A stretch of 64,000 nucleotides of DNA, taken from NCBI GenBank assembly GCA_050015075.1, contig JBEKCB010000003.1, positions 160,001 to 224,000 on the forward strand. Reading direction: 5' to 3'. Source of the stretch: Candidatus Brocadiia bacterium. Lineage in GTDB: Bacteria; Planctomycetota; Brocadiia; CAIUPP01. The notes beneath the pieces were generated by a model, which made no database searches, had not been told where the DNA came from, and saw nothing but the letters and a program-made list of their open reading frames with translations. A program made the translations under genes and the position numbers. Positions 36,321 through 45,938 of the stretch are shown one piece after another. Position 1 is the stretch's first letter; each line of letters opens with the position of its first letter.

Positions 36321-37793
36321 TCACCTGCCCAGCATTTGCAGTGCGGCCGCTTGCGCGAACCGGGCGCACGGGTTGATGAACAGTCCCGCCGCGAGCGACA
36401 GCGCCGCGAGGCTCACCACCGAGCCGACCATCACCGGCGATCCTTCGGCGGCTTGCGAGGACTTCGGCTCGCCCAGGAAGACCATCGTGAACGCGCGGAA
36501 GAGGTACGCGATCGTCATGAACGCCGCCGCCAGGAACGCCAGGCCGACCCAGAGCCGCCCGTTCTCGGCGGCCGCCGCGAACACCATGTATTTCGCGAAG
36601 AACCCGCCGAACGGCGGAATGCCCATCACCGAGAATGAGCAGAGCAGGAACGCCACGGCCGTGAACGGCATCGTCCGCGCCAGCCCGCCGAGCTGGCGGA
36701 TGTCCTTCGTGTGCGTCCGCTGCTCGACGATGCCCGCGCAGAGGAAAAGCCCGCCCTTCGCCAGGCCGTGCATCAGGATGTAGAGCAGCGCGCCCGTCAC
36801 GCCGATCTCCGCGGCCCGGCCGCCGATCCCGCCGACGGCGAACCCGAAGAAGATGAACGCGATCTGGCTGATGGTGCTGTAGGCGATCAGCCGCTTCAGG
36901 TCCGTCTCCTTCAGCGCCGCGCCCGCGCTGATGAGCGCGCTCGCCGCGGCCACCACCAGCACCGCGCTCCGCCCCCACGCGGCGATGTCGAACGTGACCA
37001 CGAACAGCCGCGCGTAAACGTACACGCCGATCTTCACCAGCACCGCCGCGTGGAGCAGCGCCGTGACCGGCGAGGGCGCCACGCCGGCGTCGGGCAGCCA
37101 CGTCTGGAACGGCAGCGTGGCCGATTTCGACAGGATGCCCAGCATGATCAGCGTCGCCGCCAGCGTGCTGATCTCCTTGCCGCGCAGCGCCAGCAGGTTG
37201 AACGCGAACCGCTGCTCCGCGCCGTGCTGCCCGTTCGAGCCGTACTGCACGCCCAGGATCACAAAGCCCGCCAGCATCGCCAGCGCGCCGAACCCGGTGA
37301 CCAGGAACGCCTTGTCGGCGCGCACGACGTGCTGCTTCTCGCGGAAGTACCCGATCAGCCGCCAGCTCGTGATCGCCGTCAGCTCCCAGAAGACGTACAG
37401 CCAGATCAGGTTCGACGAGAACACCAGCCCCATCATCGAGCCGAGGAAGAGCACCACCATGCAATAGTACTCGTCCTGGTATTCGTAGTGGCTGATGTAG
37501 CTCATCGAGTAGAGGACGATGATGCTGCTGATCAGCGACGACATGGCGGCGGTGAAGACCGCCAGCCCGTCCGCGCGGAGGATGAAATCGAACCCGTACG
37601 GCAGCGGGACGGAGAACACGGCCGGCATTCCGGCCATCGCCGACGGGATGAGCATCAGCGAGCAGACCAGCGAGGCCGCCACGAAGCAGAGCGCCGCGCC
37701 GTTGCGGAGCCTGGCGCCGAACAGCGGCAGGAGAAACGCGCCCAGGATCGGGACGAACACGGCGAGCAAAAGAAGTGTTTCGTTGCTTGTCAC
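36321..37793 (-). CDS. Proton-conducting antiporter-like subunit (MnhA/NuoM-like)
   Basis: YVFWEL, KSATLPFQTWLPDA, ALLHAA, KRLIAYSTISQ, PPFGGFFAK; GTG start. Confidence 0.92.
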   Translation of the reverse strand: MTSNETLLLLAVFVPILGAFLLPLFGARLRNGAALCFVAASLVCSLMLIPSAMAGMPAVFSVPLPYGFDFILRADGLAVFTAAMSSLISSIIVLYSMSYISHYEYQDEYYCMVVLFLGSMMGLVFSSNLIWLYVFWELTAITSWRLIGYFREKQHVVRADKAFLVTGFGALAMLAGFVILGVQYGSNGQHGAEQRFAFNLLALRGKEISTLAATLIMLGILSKSATLPFQTWLPDAGVAPSPVTALLHAAVLVKIGVYVYARLFVVTFDIAAWGRSAVLVVAAASALISAGAALKETDLKRLIAYSTISQIAFIFFGFAVGGIGGRAAEIGVTGALLYILMHGLAKGGLFLCAGIVEQRTHTKDIRQLGGLARTMPFTAVAFLLCSFSVMGIPPFGGFFAKYMVFAAAAENGRLWVGLAFLAAAFMTIAYLFRAFTMVFLGEPKSSQAAEGSPVMVGSVVSLAALSLAAGLFINPCARFAQAAALQMLGR

Positions 37794-37927
37794 CGCGCGC
37801 TGTATCCATGTCCAGGAAGGAGGCTGTCAGACAGGACGGCATTTTACCCGCGTCATGCGCGTTCTGCAAACGGAAGACGGCTGATTTTTGAGGAGCGGGG
37901 CGGCGGGCGAAAGGCCCGGCTGCGCCT

Positions 37928-38356
37928 TCAATCCGTCTTCCCCAGCCGCTTCAGGGCGGCGGCCGCGTCGCCGTCGCCGCGGTCGCGCGAAATCCCATAC
38001 CAGCGGCGCGCCTGCGCGAGGTTTTTCTTCACGCCCTCGCCGTTCTCGTAGGCCACCGCCAGCCAATACGCGGCGGTCGGGCAGCCCTGGCCGGCGGCCT
38101 GCCGGTAGAACGGGAGCGCCTTCGCGTAGTCCTGCTTCACGCCGGTCCCGTTGCGGTAGCAGTAGCCCACGTCGCAGAGGCCGCTGTTGTGGCCCTGCGC
38201 GGCGGCCTTGCGGTACCATTTCAGCGCCTCGGCGTAATCGCGGGCGACCGAATCGCCCTCGTAATACTTGCAGCCGAGTTCATACTGCGCGTCCGCCTCG
38301 CCCGCCTCCGCCCGCCGGCGCAACGCCGCAAGCTCCGATCGTTCGGCCGCTTTCAT
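37928..38356 (-). CDS. Sel1-like repeat protein
   Basis: AQYELG..YYEGDSV..DYAEA.KWYRKAA.QG repeats; GGAGGAG RBS. Confidence 0.9.
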   Translation of the reverse strand: MKAAERSELAALRRRAEAGEADAQYELGCKYYEGDSVARDYAEALKWYRKAAAQGHNSGLCDVGYCYRNGTGVKQDYAKALPFYRQAAGQGCPTAAYWLAVAYENGEGVKKNLAQARRWYGISRDRGDGDAAAALKRLGKTD

Positions 38357-38433
38357 GTCTGCTCCTCCTTATTAAAGGGTGACCAGCCGGAATCCTACGT
38401 CCCGCATCGGAATCTTGTCAAGCTACGAACGGG

Positions 38434-38505
38434 GACGATGGACGATAGACGATGGACCACGGAACCTCGTCCGCCGTCCATCGTCCATCGTCCATTCTCC
38501 ATCTT
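38434..38505. repeat. Heptamer-armed palindrome (GACGATG)n...(CATCGTC)n
   Basis: gacgatggacgatagacgatggac-spacer-gtccatcgtccatcgtccat. Confidence 0.85.
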
Positions 38506-38516
38506 CCGTGATTTTG

Positions 38517-38545
38517 TTGACAGGTATCCTTTCGGATGATATCCT
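38517..38545 (+). promoter_or_regulatory. Sigma70-type promoter
   Basis: TTGACA-17 bp-TATCCT with extended TG. Confidence 0.55.
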
Positions 38546-38645
38546 TTCTCCGAGGGAAGGGTGGGGCGCAATCGGCGGAACAAACTCGTCCGTAGGCGAG
38601 AGGAGATTTTGCGCCGTTAGCGGGTATCACACAAGGAGGGCGTTC

Positions 38646-39212
38646 ATGGCGTTTTCGCGCGTCAGGTCGTTGGTCCTGGCCGGGCTGTTGGCGATGCTGC
38701 TCCTCTCGAGCGGCTGCGCGTATATGCATGACCGCGGCCACGACGCGCTCAACATCTTCGACATCGGCTTCACGGTGACGAAGGAACCGCACTTCGGAAT
38801 CTACGCCGGCTTCAACAGCATCCTCGCGCTCGGCTACATAGACATGCCGGAAGGCTGGCTGCTCGGCCTGGGCCACACGCATTTCGGCGCGCTCGACATG
38901 CGTTATCACGGCGGCGGCATGCTCCTCGAAGGATACGAGACACAGGGCTACGACGATTTCGACAAGAACGATCCGGCTTCGCCCCGCGAACGCGGCATGG
39001 CACTGGGACTTCTCTATTCGCACACGCCGCGCACGATCCCCGAGGCGATGCAGTGCAACAAGATCGTCCACATCGGCTGGATCGGGTTCGACCTGAATTG
39101 CAAGATCGGCGGGCTGCTGAATTTCCTCGTCGGCTGGACGACCTTCAGCCTCGACCGATGGGAATGTTTCGGCTCGGGCAAGTACCTTCCCGAGCCTCCG
39201 CCGATCAAATGA
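38646..39212 (+). CDS. Lipoprotein, hypothetical
   Basis: AAGGAGG RBS; signal peptide with lipobox LSSGC. Confidence 0.8.
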   Translation: MAFSRVRSLVLAGLLAMLLLSSGCAYMHDRGHDALNIFDIGFTVTKEPHFGIYAGFNSILALGYIDMPEGWLLGLGHTHFGALDMRYHGGGMLLEGYETQGYDDFDKNDPASPRERGMALGLLYSHTPRTIPEAMQCNKIVHIGWIGFDLNCKIGGLLNFLVGWTTFSLDRWECFGSGKYLPEPPPIK

Positions 39213-39299
39213 CGCGGGACGGGCGGGCGGCGGCGGTCCATCGTCCATGGTCCGCCGCTCATCGGGTGTCGGCATCAGTGCACAAGGGGATGCGCGGCG

Positions 39300-40754
39300 A
39301 TGATTCACGACGCAACATATTTCGCGGCGCGCGCCAGGCTGGCGGCGAAGCACGGCTCGGAGCCGTGCCTCGACGCGCGTAACCGCATCGTCGGCGCCGG
39401 CCGCGCGGTGCCCATCTCCGGCGGGCGGCGCGTCATGTACGTCAACTTCGACAACGCGGCCACGACCCCGGCGCTCAAGGACGTCGCCGACTGCGTCGTC
39501 GAGTTCCTCGACTGGTACGGCTCGGTGCATCGCGGCACCGGCGCGCGCTCGCACGTCTCCACGCACTGTTACGACCGCAGCCGCGAAATCATCGCCGCGT
39601 TCGTCGGCGCCGACCCGGATTACCACACCGCGATCTTCACCCGCAACACCACCGACTCGATCAACAAGCTCGCCGGCGTGCTCTCGCGCGAGGAGCGCCC
39701 CCTGGTGCTCTGCACGGTCCTCGAACACCACTCGAACCTGCTCCCGTGGCGGAGGAACGCCGGCCGCGTCGAGTGCGTGGACTGCCGCGCCTCCGACGCG
39801 TCGCTCGACCTGGAGCAGCTCGAGCGGAAACTGCGCGAGCACTCCGGCGCCGTCCGGCTCGTCGCCGTGACGGGCGCCTCGAACGTCACCGGCTTCGCCC
39901 CGCCGATCCACGACATCGCGCGGCTGGCGCACCGGCACGGCGCGGAGATCTTCGTGGACGCCGCGCAGCTCGCCGCCCATCATCCGCTCGACATGGGCAG
40001 GCCGGGCGAGCCGGAAAGCCTCGACTACGTCGCCTTCAGCGCGCACAAGATGTACGCGCCGTTCGGCGCGGGGATCCTGGTCGGGCCGAAAGCGGCGTTC
40101 GAGCGCGGCGAGCCGACCCAGGTCGGCGGCGGCACCGTGCGGCTCGTCTCGGACGACCGCATCATCTGGGCGGACGCGCCCGCGCGCGAGGAGGGCGGCA
40201 CGCCGAACCTCGTCGGCGCGGTGGCGATGGCCAAGGCCGCGCAGGTGCTCGGCGAGATCGGCATGGGCCGCGTGGCCGCGCACGAGTGGGCGCTGCGGAC
40301 GCACATGGTTGATTTGCTGCGCGGCATCCCGCGCGTGCGCCTCTTCGGAGCGGAGCCGCCGGCGGACCATTCGCAGGTCAGCATCGTCGGGTTCACGGCC
40401 GACGGGATGGACCATGGCCTGCTGGCCGCCGCGCTCGGGCACGAGTGGGGCATCGGCCTGCGGCACGGCTGCTTCTGCGCGCACCCGTACGTCCTGCGCC
40501 TGCTCGGCGTCGGCCCGCAGGAAGTCGAGCGGCTCGCCCGCAAGGCCGAACTCAACGACCGCTCCGGCTTCCCCGGCCTGGTGCGGATCAGCCTGGGTCT
40601 GTACAACACGCGGCAGGAGGTGGACTACGTCGCCGAGGCCGTCCGCGACCTCCTCGACCGCGGCCCTCGCGAGCGCTACGTCTTCGACCGCCGCACCGGC
40701 GAATACACCCCCGAATCCGGCTGCGTCTGGCCGGAAGAATGCTGCCCGCTGTAG
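39300..40754 (+). CDS. Aminotransferase class V / SufS-like cysteine desulfurase
   Basis: NFDNAATT, EHHSN, VDAAQ, FSAHKMYAP, EEGGTPN, RHGCFCAHP. Confidence 0.9.
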   Translation: MIHDATYFAARARLAAKHGSEPCLDARNRIVGAGRAVPISGGRRVMYVNFDNAATTPALKDVADCVVEFLDWYGSVHRGTGARSHVSTHCYDRSREIIAAFVGADPDYHTAIFTRNTTDSINKLAGVLSREERPLVLCTVLEHHSNLLPWRRNAGRVECVDCRASDASLDLEQLERKLREHSGAVRLVAVTGASNVTGFAPPIHDIARLAHRHGAEIFVDAAQLAAHHPLDMGRPGEPESLDYVAFSAHKMYAPFGAGILVGPKAAFERGEPTQVGGGTVRLVSDDRIIWADAPAREEGGTPNLVGAVAMAKAAQVLGEIGMGRVAAHEWALRTHMVDLLRGIPRVRLFGAEPPADHSQVSIVGFTADGMDHGLLAAALGHEWGIGLRHGCFCAHPYVLRLLGVGPQEVERLARKAELNDRSGFPGLVRISLGLYNTRQEVDYVAEAVRDLLDRGPRERYVFDRRTGEYTPESGCVWPEECCPL

Positions 40755-41221
40755 GACCGCAACGCGACGCCCCGGTGAACCGTTTCAGGAATAAGGCCCG
40801 CGCCGCCAGGCGCGCCTCCACTTGCGAAAGGCTGCGCCCGCCGCGCGCCAAGCCGGTTCCCATGCAGTCCTAGCGCGTCCCTACGAACTCGCGCCGCAGA
40901 CGTCTCGGAAGTTAAGGCCGTTCGAAGAAGTATGCATGAATCGCTGGCCACATAGGTCACTAAGCGAACCACGTCGGATTCTCGTCCCAATCATCCGCGC
41001 GAGGGGCGCGCGTGGGCGTATCGTCTTTCAGAACACCGTCTTACGCACCTGCTGACGGGCAACTCGCCGAAATAACCTGCGCGAACTCTACGCCAGGGTA
41101 CCGCCAACAAGTGCCAAGCCCTCGCCGCCTGGCAGAAATCTTCGCCGCGCTAGCGTCGTCGGAAGACATTAAGTATACTGTCCGTCAAACCTGTTAACAG
41201 GACATAGGAATCGGGGGCTCT

Positions 41222-42535
41222 GTGCGTACACTTACGTCCACACAGTTTCGCGACGCGCTCGCCAAAGGACTTGGGCGAGCTGTCGAGCATGTCCGCAGCC
41301 AGCCTGCGCGATCCGTTCGCGGTGATCTGCTTTACGCCTGTCTGCACAACCTCCGCTACGATTACTGGTTCGAGGAAGGGCGTGACGACTGGCTGATGGA
41401 GTTGATCAACTTGACCGGCGACGCAGAGTTCTATCGTTGCCGGATTGTGCGCGCGCTCGCGAAGGCCAGGAAGCGCAAAGATGTGGACCAACTTTTCGTT
41501 TTGGCAGCCCTGTTCGCCGGACGCGGCGATGCGGAATCACGACAGGCCGTCTATGAGCGTTTTGACCGCTTTGAGCCCCAACTCAACTGGATGCGCTACA
41601 AGGCTGTCGTCCTGGCCGACGGGATGAGGGGCCTCGAACATATAGTCGAACGGGTCGGTGAGTACGCGCGGCTTGGACACGAAGTCAGAGATCCTGCGGC
41701 GGCATACGAAGTCGCCAGGATTCGATTTGGCGTCAGGCGCGTCCGTGCGGCATTGCGAAAGTGGGCGGCGCGCAGCCAAAACGCGAGGGCCTACATGGAA
41801 CTCGTCCTTCCCAAGGTGCAGTCCAGGCGCTGGAGCCCGCTCCGCAAAGTTCCCCCGACGGCCACGTTAGTCCGCAAGATCATGGGCGAACCGGTGGACC
41901 ACAGGTACATCGGGGTGCTCCATGCGCACGGCACGAAGGAGCAAATCGCGGACTTCTACCGGCAGATTCTGCGGGAGAAGTACCTGGATCGAGTGTGGCG
42001 AGGCCTGAAGTTCTTCTCCTCCTGGCCTCCTTTGCCCTGGTTGGAGCCGGCGCTCTTCCGCTGGGCGCGTTCGCGCAGACGACGGTTGCGAAGTGTCGCG
42101 ATTAACGCGTTGGCCTCCGTGCAAGCGCCGGAGGTGCGTGAATTTGCTCTCGGCGCTCTACAGGACAAACGGCTGTCGTGGCGATGGAACGCGCTGAGGC
42201 TTCTTCAATGGAACTTCGTCCGAGGCGACGGACGCTGGCTGGAGCCTCTCCTTCGATCCGTCCGCGACAGGAATACCATCCATGAGATCACGGTGGCCCT
42301 CCGCGACATCGCCAAGGGAAAGCGGTATCGTGATCTGAGAAGTTGCTTCATCTGGGGATACGAACAGACCCCATGTTCATTCTGCAGGAGATGCCTTGTC
42401 GAGACGCTCATTGAACGCGGCTGCGCTCCGCGTTGGTTGTTGGGGGAATGCCTCTCCGACTTCAATGACGATACGCGCGAGTTCGCGCGAAAGGCGCTGC
42501 ATGCGCTTGGCGTCGAGCCGACGGGGCATGACTGA
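41222..42535 (+). CDS. Hypothetical protein (helical-repeat-like, C-terminal CxxC)
   Basis: 437-aa ORF, KGLGRA...YEQTPCSFCR; atypical codon usage. Confidence 0.65.
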   Translation: MRTLTSTQFRDALAKGLGRAVEHVRSQPARSVRGDLLYACLHNLRYDYWFEEGRDDWLMELINLTGDAEFYRCRIVRALAKARKRKDVDQLFVLAALFAGRGDAESRQAVYERFDRFEPQLNWMRYKAVVLADGMRGLEHIVERVGEYARLGHEVRDPAAAYEVARIRFGVRRVRAALRKWAARSQNARAYMELVLPKVQSRRWSPLRKVPPTATLVRKIMGEPVDHRYIGVLHAHGTKEQIADFYRQILREKYLDRVWRGLKFFSSWPPLPWLEPALFRWARSRRRRLRSVAINALASVQAPEVREFALGALQDKRLSWRWNALRLLQWNFVRGDGRWLEPLLRSVRDRNTIHEITVALRDIAKGKRYRDLRSCFIWGYEQTPCSFCRRCLVETLIERGCAPRWLLGECLSDFNDDTREFARKALHALGVEPTGHD

Positions 42536-42597
42536 ACGAACCACGTCTATCCCCAGACGCGCGCATACGGCCCATCCAAGTGCAGGCGGAAAATGGA

Positions 42598-42749
42598 GCG
42601 GGCCGAACCCTTCGGCTTGGCCCGTTCTCGGTAGACCACATTTTCGCAGCAGTGACCATTCTCTGGACGGTCGCCCCGGCCTTCGCCAGGTCCGTTTTTG
42701 CGCCCGCAAGGCTCCGGTTTGCTGTAACGAACCAGATGGCTGGCCATCC
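42598..42749 (-). pseudogene. Degenerate, internally deleted copy of 44804-45270 (att-like core, gene 3' end, hairpin)
   Basis: Encodes ALAGAKTDLAKAGATVQRMVTAAK vs ALADAKADLAKAEATVESLVTAAK; shares the gggccgaacccttcggc hairpin and the 15-bp gatggctggccatcc. Confidence 0.75.
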
Positions 42750-43062
42750 GACACCGGCAGCGAACTCCGGCTGTCATTTCCTCTGGTCCGCAGGCGGGTT
42801 GCTCGCGGCAGAATCCTTGTCGAAACGGACTCGACACGCTGATTGCGCCAGGCACTTAAACCGCTCCGGCTCATTCTGCCATTCACCCGTGTCAAAATTG
42901 CACACGGGCGAATCACTTTCCAAGCCTCGAACGATGTCGAAAGCGACCACACTCTCGACACGACTTTAACCTGTGATCTCCAGACCCCCGGTCTGGAATC
43001 TGAACGGCGTTAGTCAGTATGGCGTATAGAGTTACGACGGGTGCCAGATGGGCTACTGACCG

Positions 43063-43908
43063 CTATGCTGTCATCGCGGCCGACAATTGCGTTCGAACGG
43101 GTCGGCGGGTTCTGCCATCCAAATTCGGGATGATGAAGATGGCGGCACCTTCGCTGACGGGCGTATCGAGCGCGACGGACACGCCGTTCACCCAAAGAGT
43201 GCCCAATCGGGCGAAACCACCGTAAAATTCCTCGGCCGCTTCCATGAGCGTTCCCTCGTGTCCTAACAACTTTCCGGAGCTTGGAGAGGAGAAAGCGTCC
43301 TGCACGGTGCCGCTCTCACGCGCCTCCACAGTGAGCGGCGCGAGCACACTGCGCGTTCCCTCCAAATCAATGCCAAGACTTGCGCAGACTCTGCGCCAGC
43401 GCGCCCTCATGTCCGGCGCAAAGAGATATGGAACATAGCCGAGGCCCAGGTAGACCTTGATCGCCGCAAGCCGGAAATCATCCGTTCGGAGGCACACCCA
43501 TTGCCGTCCGCTTTCGATAAAGCGTCGAGTCGCCGCCGCACAGACCGCATAACCCAGCCCTTTGCCTCTATGCTCCGGGTCGGCGGCAACCCAGTTCAAC
43601 TCGCCGCCTTCTATAAAACCGTCCAGTGGCACGCGCTGCGCTATGGCCGAAGCCGCAATGCGGTCTGTCTGGATATGTCTGATAACCAGGAATCCATCCG
43701 GCAGGGACTTTTCGATCGCCTCGGCGAGTTCTTTCTCTCCCCATTCGGCGAAGCCCGCAGTATGCATAAGCCGGAGGTGCTCGGCGGCGTCGCCAAGCCG
43801 GAAGGTGCAAAGCGCATATCCTTCCGGTAGAGGCCGGACCGGCGGTCTGGTGGCCGCCTCTCGCGGCCACCAGATCATGGCAAGTTGCTCCACGGTGTTG
43901 GCATTCAC
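43063..43908 (-). CDS. GNAT acetyltransferase with C-terminal MoaD/ThiS-like segment
   Basis: WVAADPEHRGKGLG, TDDFRLAAIKVYLGLG; C-terminal VNGVSVALDTPVSEGAAIFIIPNLDG. Confidence 0.8.
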   Translation of the reverse strand: MNANTVEQLAMIWWPREAATRPPVRPLPEGYALCTFRLGDAAEHLRLMHTAGFAEWGEKELAEAIEKSLPDGFLVIRHIQTDRIAASAIAQRVPLDGFIEGGELNWVAADPEHRGKGLGYAVCAAATRRFIESGRQWVCLRTDDFRLAAIKVYLGLGYVPYLFAPDMRARWRRVCASLGIDLEGTRSVLAPLTVEARESGTVQDAFSSPSSGKLLGHEGTLMEAAEEFYGGFARLGTLWVNGVSVALDTPVSEGAAIFIIPNLDGRTRRPVRTQLSAAMTA

Positions 43909-43978
43909 CGATACAACCGACTTTCTTCCAGGAATTTCGCATCCTCGGAACTCTTGAGTTCGGCCCGCCAGTGGTCAT

Positions 43979-44482
43979 TCAGGCCGTGAACTCTACGCCG
44001 TTGCTCTGGGTGCTCGTGGATTGTCCTGTCCCGTTCTGGTTGGCCTCGGCCAGGAGCTGATTGAGCAGCGTCGTACTGCTGTTCGTCGCGGTCGAAGCGC
44101 CGCTCTGTGATGCGCTGGTGCCGTTCGCGCCGCGATGATGATGATGGTGGCCCTGCGCCTTCTGCGCCATCAACTGCTTGAGGGCGGTAGCAAACTGGCT
44201 CTGAGTCATCTGCCCGTTACTGCTCGAACCGGTAATCTGCTGGAATAGCTGGTCTGCTGCTGAAGTGGCCGAAGACGTCGAACTGGATGTCTGTCCGCTC
44301 TGGGACGACGTTCCGTTCATGAACTGATTGTAAAAGGTCTCAAACTGCGCCTCGGAAATCGTGCCGCCGCTGGTCCCGCCGGCAGCCTGGAACAGATTCT
44401 GCACCATCTGCTGCTGCATGGCCGCCCAATTGGCCTGAGACGTCGCCGAACTTCCCTGCGACCCGGAAATAGCGCTTGCCAC
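43979..44482 (-). CDS. Low-complexity S/T/Q-rich protein with degenerate EF-hand-like helices and His tract
   Basis: LFQ...GTISEAQF and LFQQI...GQMTQSQF; GHHHHHR; GGAGG RBS before GTG. Confidence 0.7.
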   Translation of the reverse strand: MASAISGSQGSSATSQANWAAMQQQMVQNLFQAAGGTSGGTISEAQFETFYNQFMNGTSSQSGQTSSSTSSATSAADQLFQQITGSSSNGQMTQSQFATALKQLMAQKAQGHHHHHRGANGTSASQSGASTATNSSTTLLNQLLAEANQNGTGQSTSTQSNGVEFTA

Positions 44483-44803
44483 GTCTTTACCCTCCATTCC
44501 TGCAAAACTGTGCTGCCTTGGGTGTCGGCGTCGGCCGATCCACAACTGTCGGCAGCGCGGGAAAACGCAACGACCTGACTAGTTTTTCAACGTCAAGGCC
44601 CGTTCGTGAGAGCAACATACCGCATTCAGCAATAACCGTGCCAAGGCAGAAGAAGCGCTGATACACCTGTCCGGGATTTACTGCTATAAAACAGAGCCAG
44701 CACGTTTTTCAGGTCTCGCGCTGAAATTACTATCGTTAGAATCCTGAGCCGCTTATGATAATATTCAAGATTTCTCTCAAACCGCTCTAGGTCCGTATAG
44801 AGA

Positions 44804-44839
44804 CGGGACGGGCCGAACCCTTCGGCTCGGCCCGTCCCG
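44804..44839. terminator. GC-rich hairpin downstream of the 44846 gene
   Basis: cgggacgggccga-acccttcggc-tcggcccgtcccg. Confidence 0.6.
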
Positions 44840-44845
44840 GTTTCT

Positions 44846-45245
44846 CTAGACCGCCTTCTTCGCAGCGGTAACGAGGCTCTCCACAGTCGCTTCGGCCTTC
44901 GCCAGGTCCGCCTTCGCGTCCGCAAGCGCCGTGGAGAGGCTGCCATGCGCCTTCACGACTTCGTAGACGATGCAGCCAAGCGCCGCGACGACCACGAAGC
45001 AGACGATGCCTAGGCCGATGCCGGCGACGATCTTCTCGTAGCGCATCAGGGCCAGCAGGACGGCGAGCATGACCGTAAAGGTCGCGGTCAGCGCCCAGCT
45101 CAGGAAGCCCTGGATTGTCATGTAGACGCTGATGGCAATGAAGATCAGCGAGATCACGATCCCGATTCGGAAGGTCGCGTTCATACTCGCCTCGGCCGCC
45201 GACTTCAGGTCGGCGATCTGCTTGTTCAGGGCGTCGAACTTACCT
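44846..45245 (-). pseudogene. 5'-truncated membrane/coiled-coil protein gene (called ORF 44846-45184)
   Basis: Coding-like frame continues upstream of the ATG (GKFDALNKQIADLKSAAEAS) to an in-frame TAA next to the att-like site. Confidence 0.55.
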
Positions 45246-45257
45246 TAACGCACTGGA

Positions 45258-45285
45258 TGGCTGGCCATCCAGGACTCTAACCTGA
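45258..45285 (-). mobile_element. tRNA-Gln-like 3' fragment (putative att scar)
   Basis: Minus strand TCAGG-TTAGAGT-CCTGG-ATGGCCA-G-CCA: T-arm, acceptor strand, G73 and CCA; no 5' half. Confidence 0.6.
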
Positions 45286-45417
45286 GGCTAGGTCGAGCGC
45301 CTCGGGCTGAACAAAATGCTGGATTTCGGGGCTGGCGGGTCGCGCGACAGTGTCCGTCGCGCCGCCGGCGGCAGATGTGCAGCAGGAACCCGGCTCAGTG
45401 CCGCGCGCAGGCAAAGA

Positions 45418-45648
45418 CTACGACGCAGCCTCTATGGCGCGGTACACTTTTCCACGCCGTTGAAGCCATCGGACGTCCCCTCGTTCAGCGTGCCTCTGAA
45501 CATCGCGCAGCAAGCGGACTGTTTCGCTCTCGAAGCACGCCTCGCTTGGGTCTTCGTCCGGGAATACGGCCTCGACTTCCACGGCCACCACAAATCTCGG
45601 CGTTCTCACCAGCCGAATACGGTTGACGCGCTTGCCGGGAATCCTCAT
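45418..45648 (-). CDS. Small partner protein of DUF4258 (putative antitoxin)
   Basis: ATGA overlap with the DUF4258-like gene; 76 aa. Confidence 0.65.
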   Translation of the reverse strand: MRIPGKRVNRIRLVRTPRFVVAVEVEAVFPDEDPSEACFESETVRLLRDVQRHAERGDVRWLQRRGKVYRAIEAAS

Positions 45649-45938
45649 TTGTCACCTTCCTCAATAAAGTGCACAGTGACCAACTTGGCCACGCCGCTTT
45701 GCGCAAGAAGCGCCCAGACGGCTTTGACCTCTGTCCCATCGGGCAATACGACCAGGATCTCGACAGCCGGGTTGGGTTTGCCATCCGGCCGTTCAAGCAG
45801 CAATCGGCCCTCCGCCACTCCCGATACGACCTGCCATTCCAGGAAACCGCGCTCTTCGAGCCGCTCAACGGCATGTTCGCCGACAATGTACTTCTCGTCG
45901 GCCACAAGCTTCCGGACACGGTCGAACAACCGGCCCAT
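45645..45938 (-). CDS. DUF4258-like protein (putative toxin)
   Basis: YIVGEHAVERLEERG...VW...AKLVTVHF. Confidence 0.75.
   Translation of the reverse strand: MGRLFDRVRKLVADEKYIVGEHAVERLEERGFLEWQVVSGVAEGRLLLERPDGKPNPAVEILVVLPDGTEVKAVWALLAQSGVAKLVTVHFIEEGDK

Noticed and set aside
40965-42547. 11-bp direct repeat CGAACCACGTC flanking the 41222 gene; possible attC cassette
   Set aside because: An 11-mer match is plausible by chance; no paired R''/R' boxes and no integrase.
45258-45335. Intact tRNA gene
   Set aside because: No D-arm, anticodon arm or 5' acceptor strand, and the T-loop is mutated; kept only as an att-like fragment.
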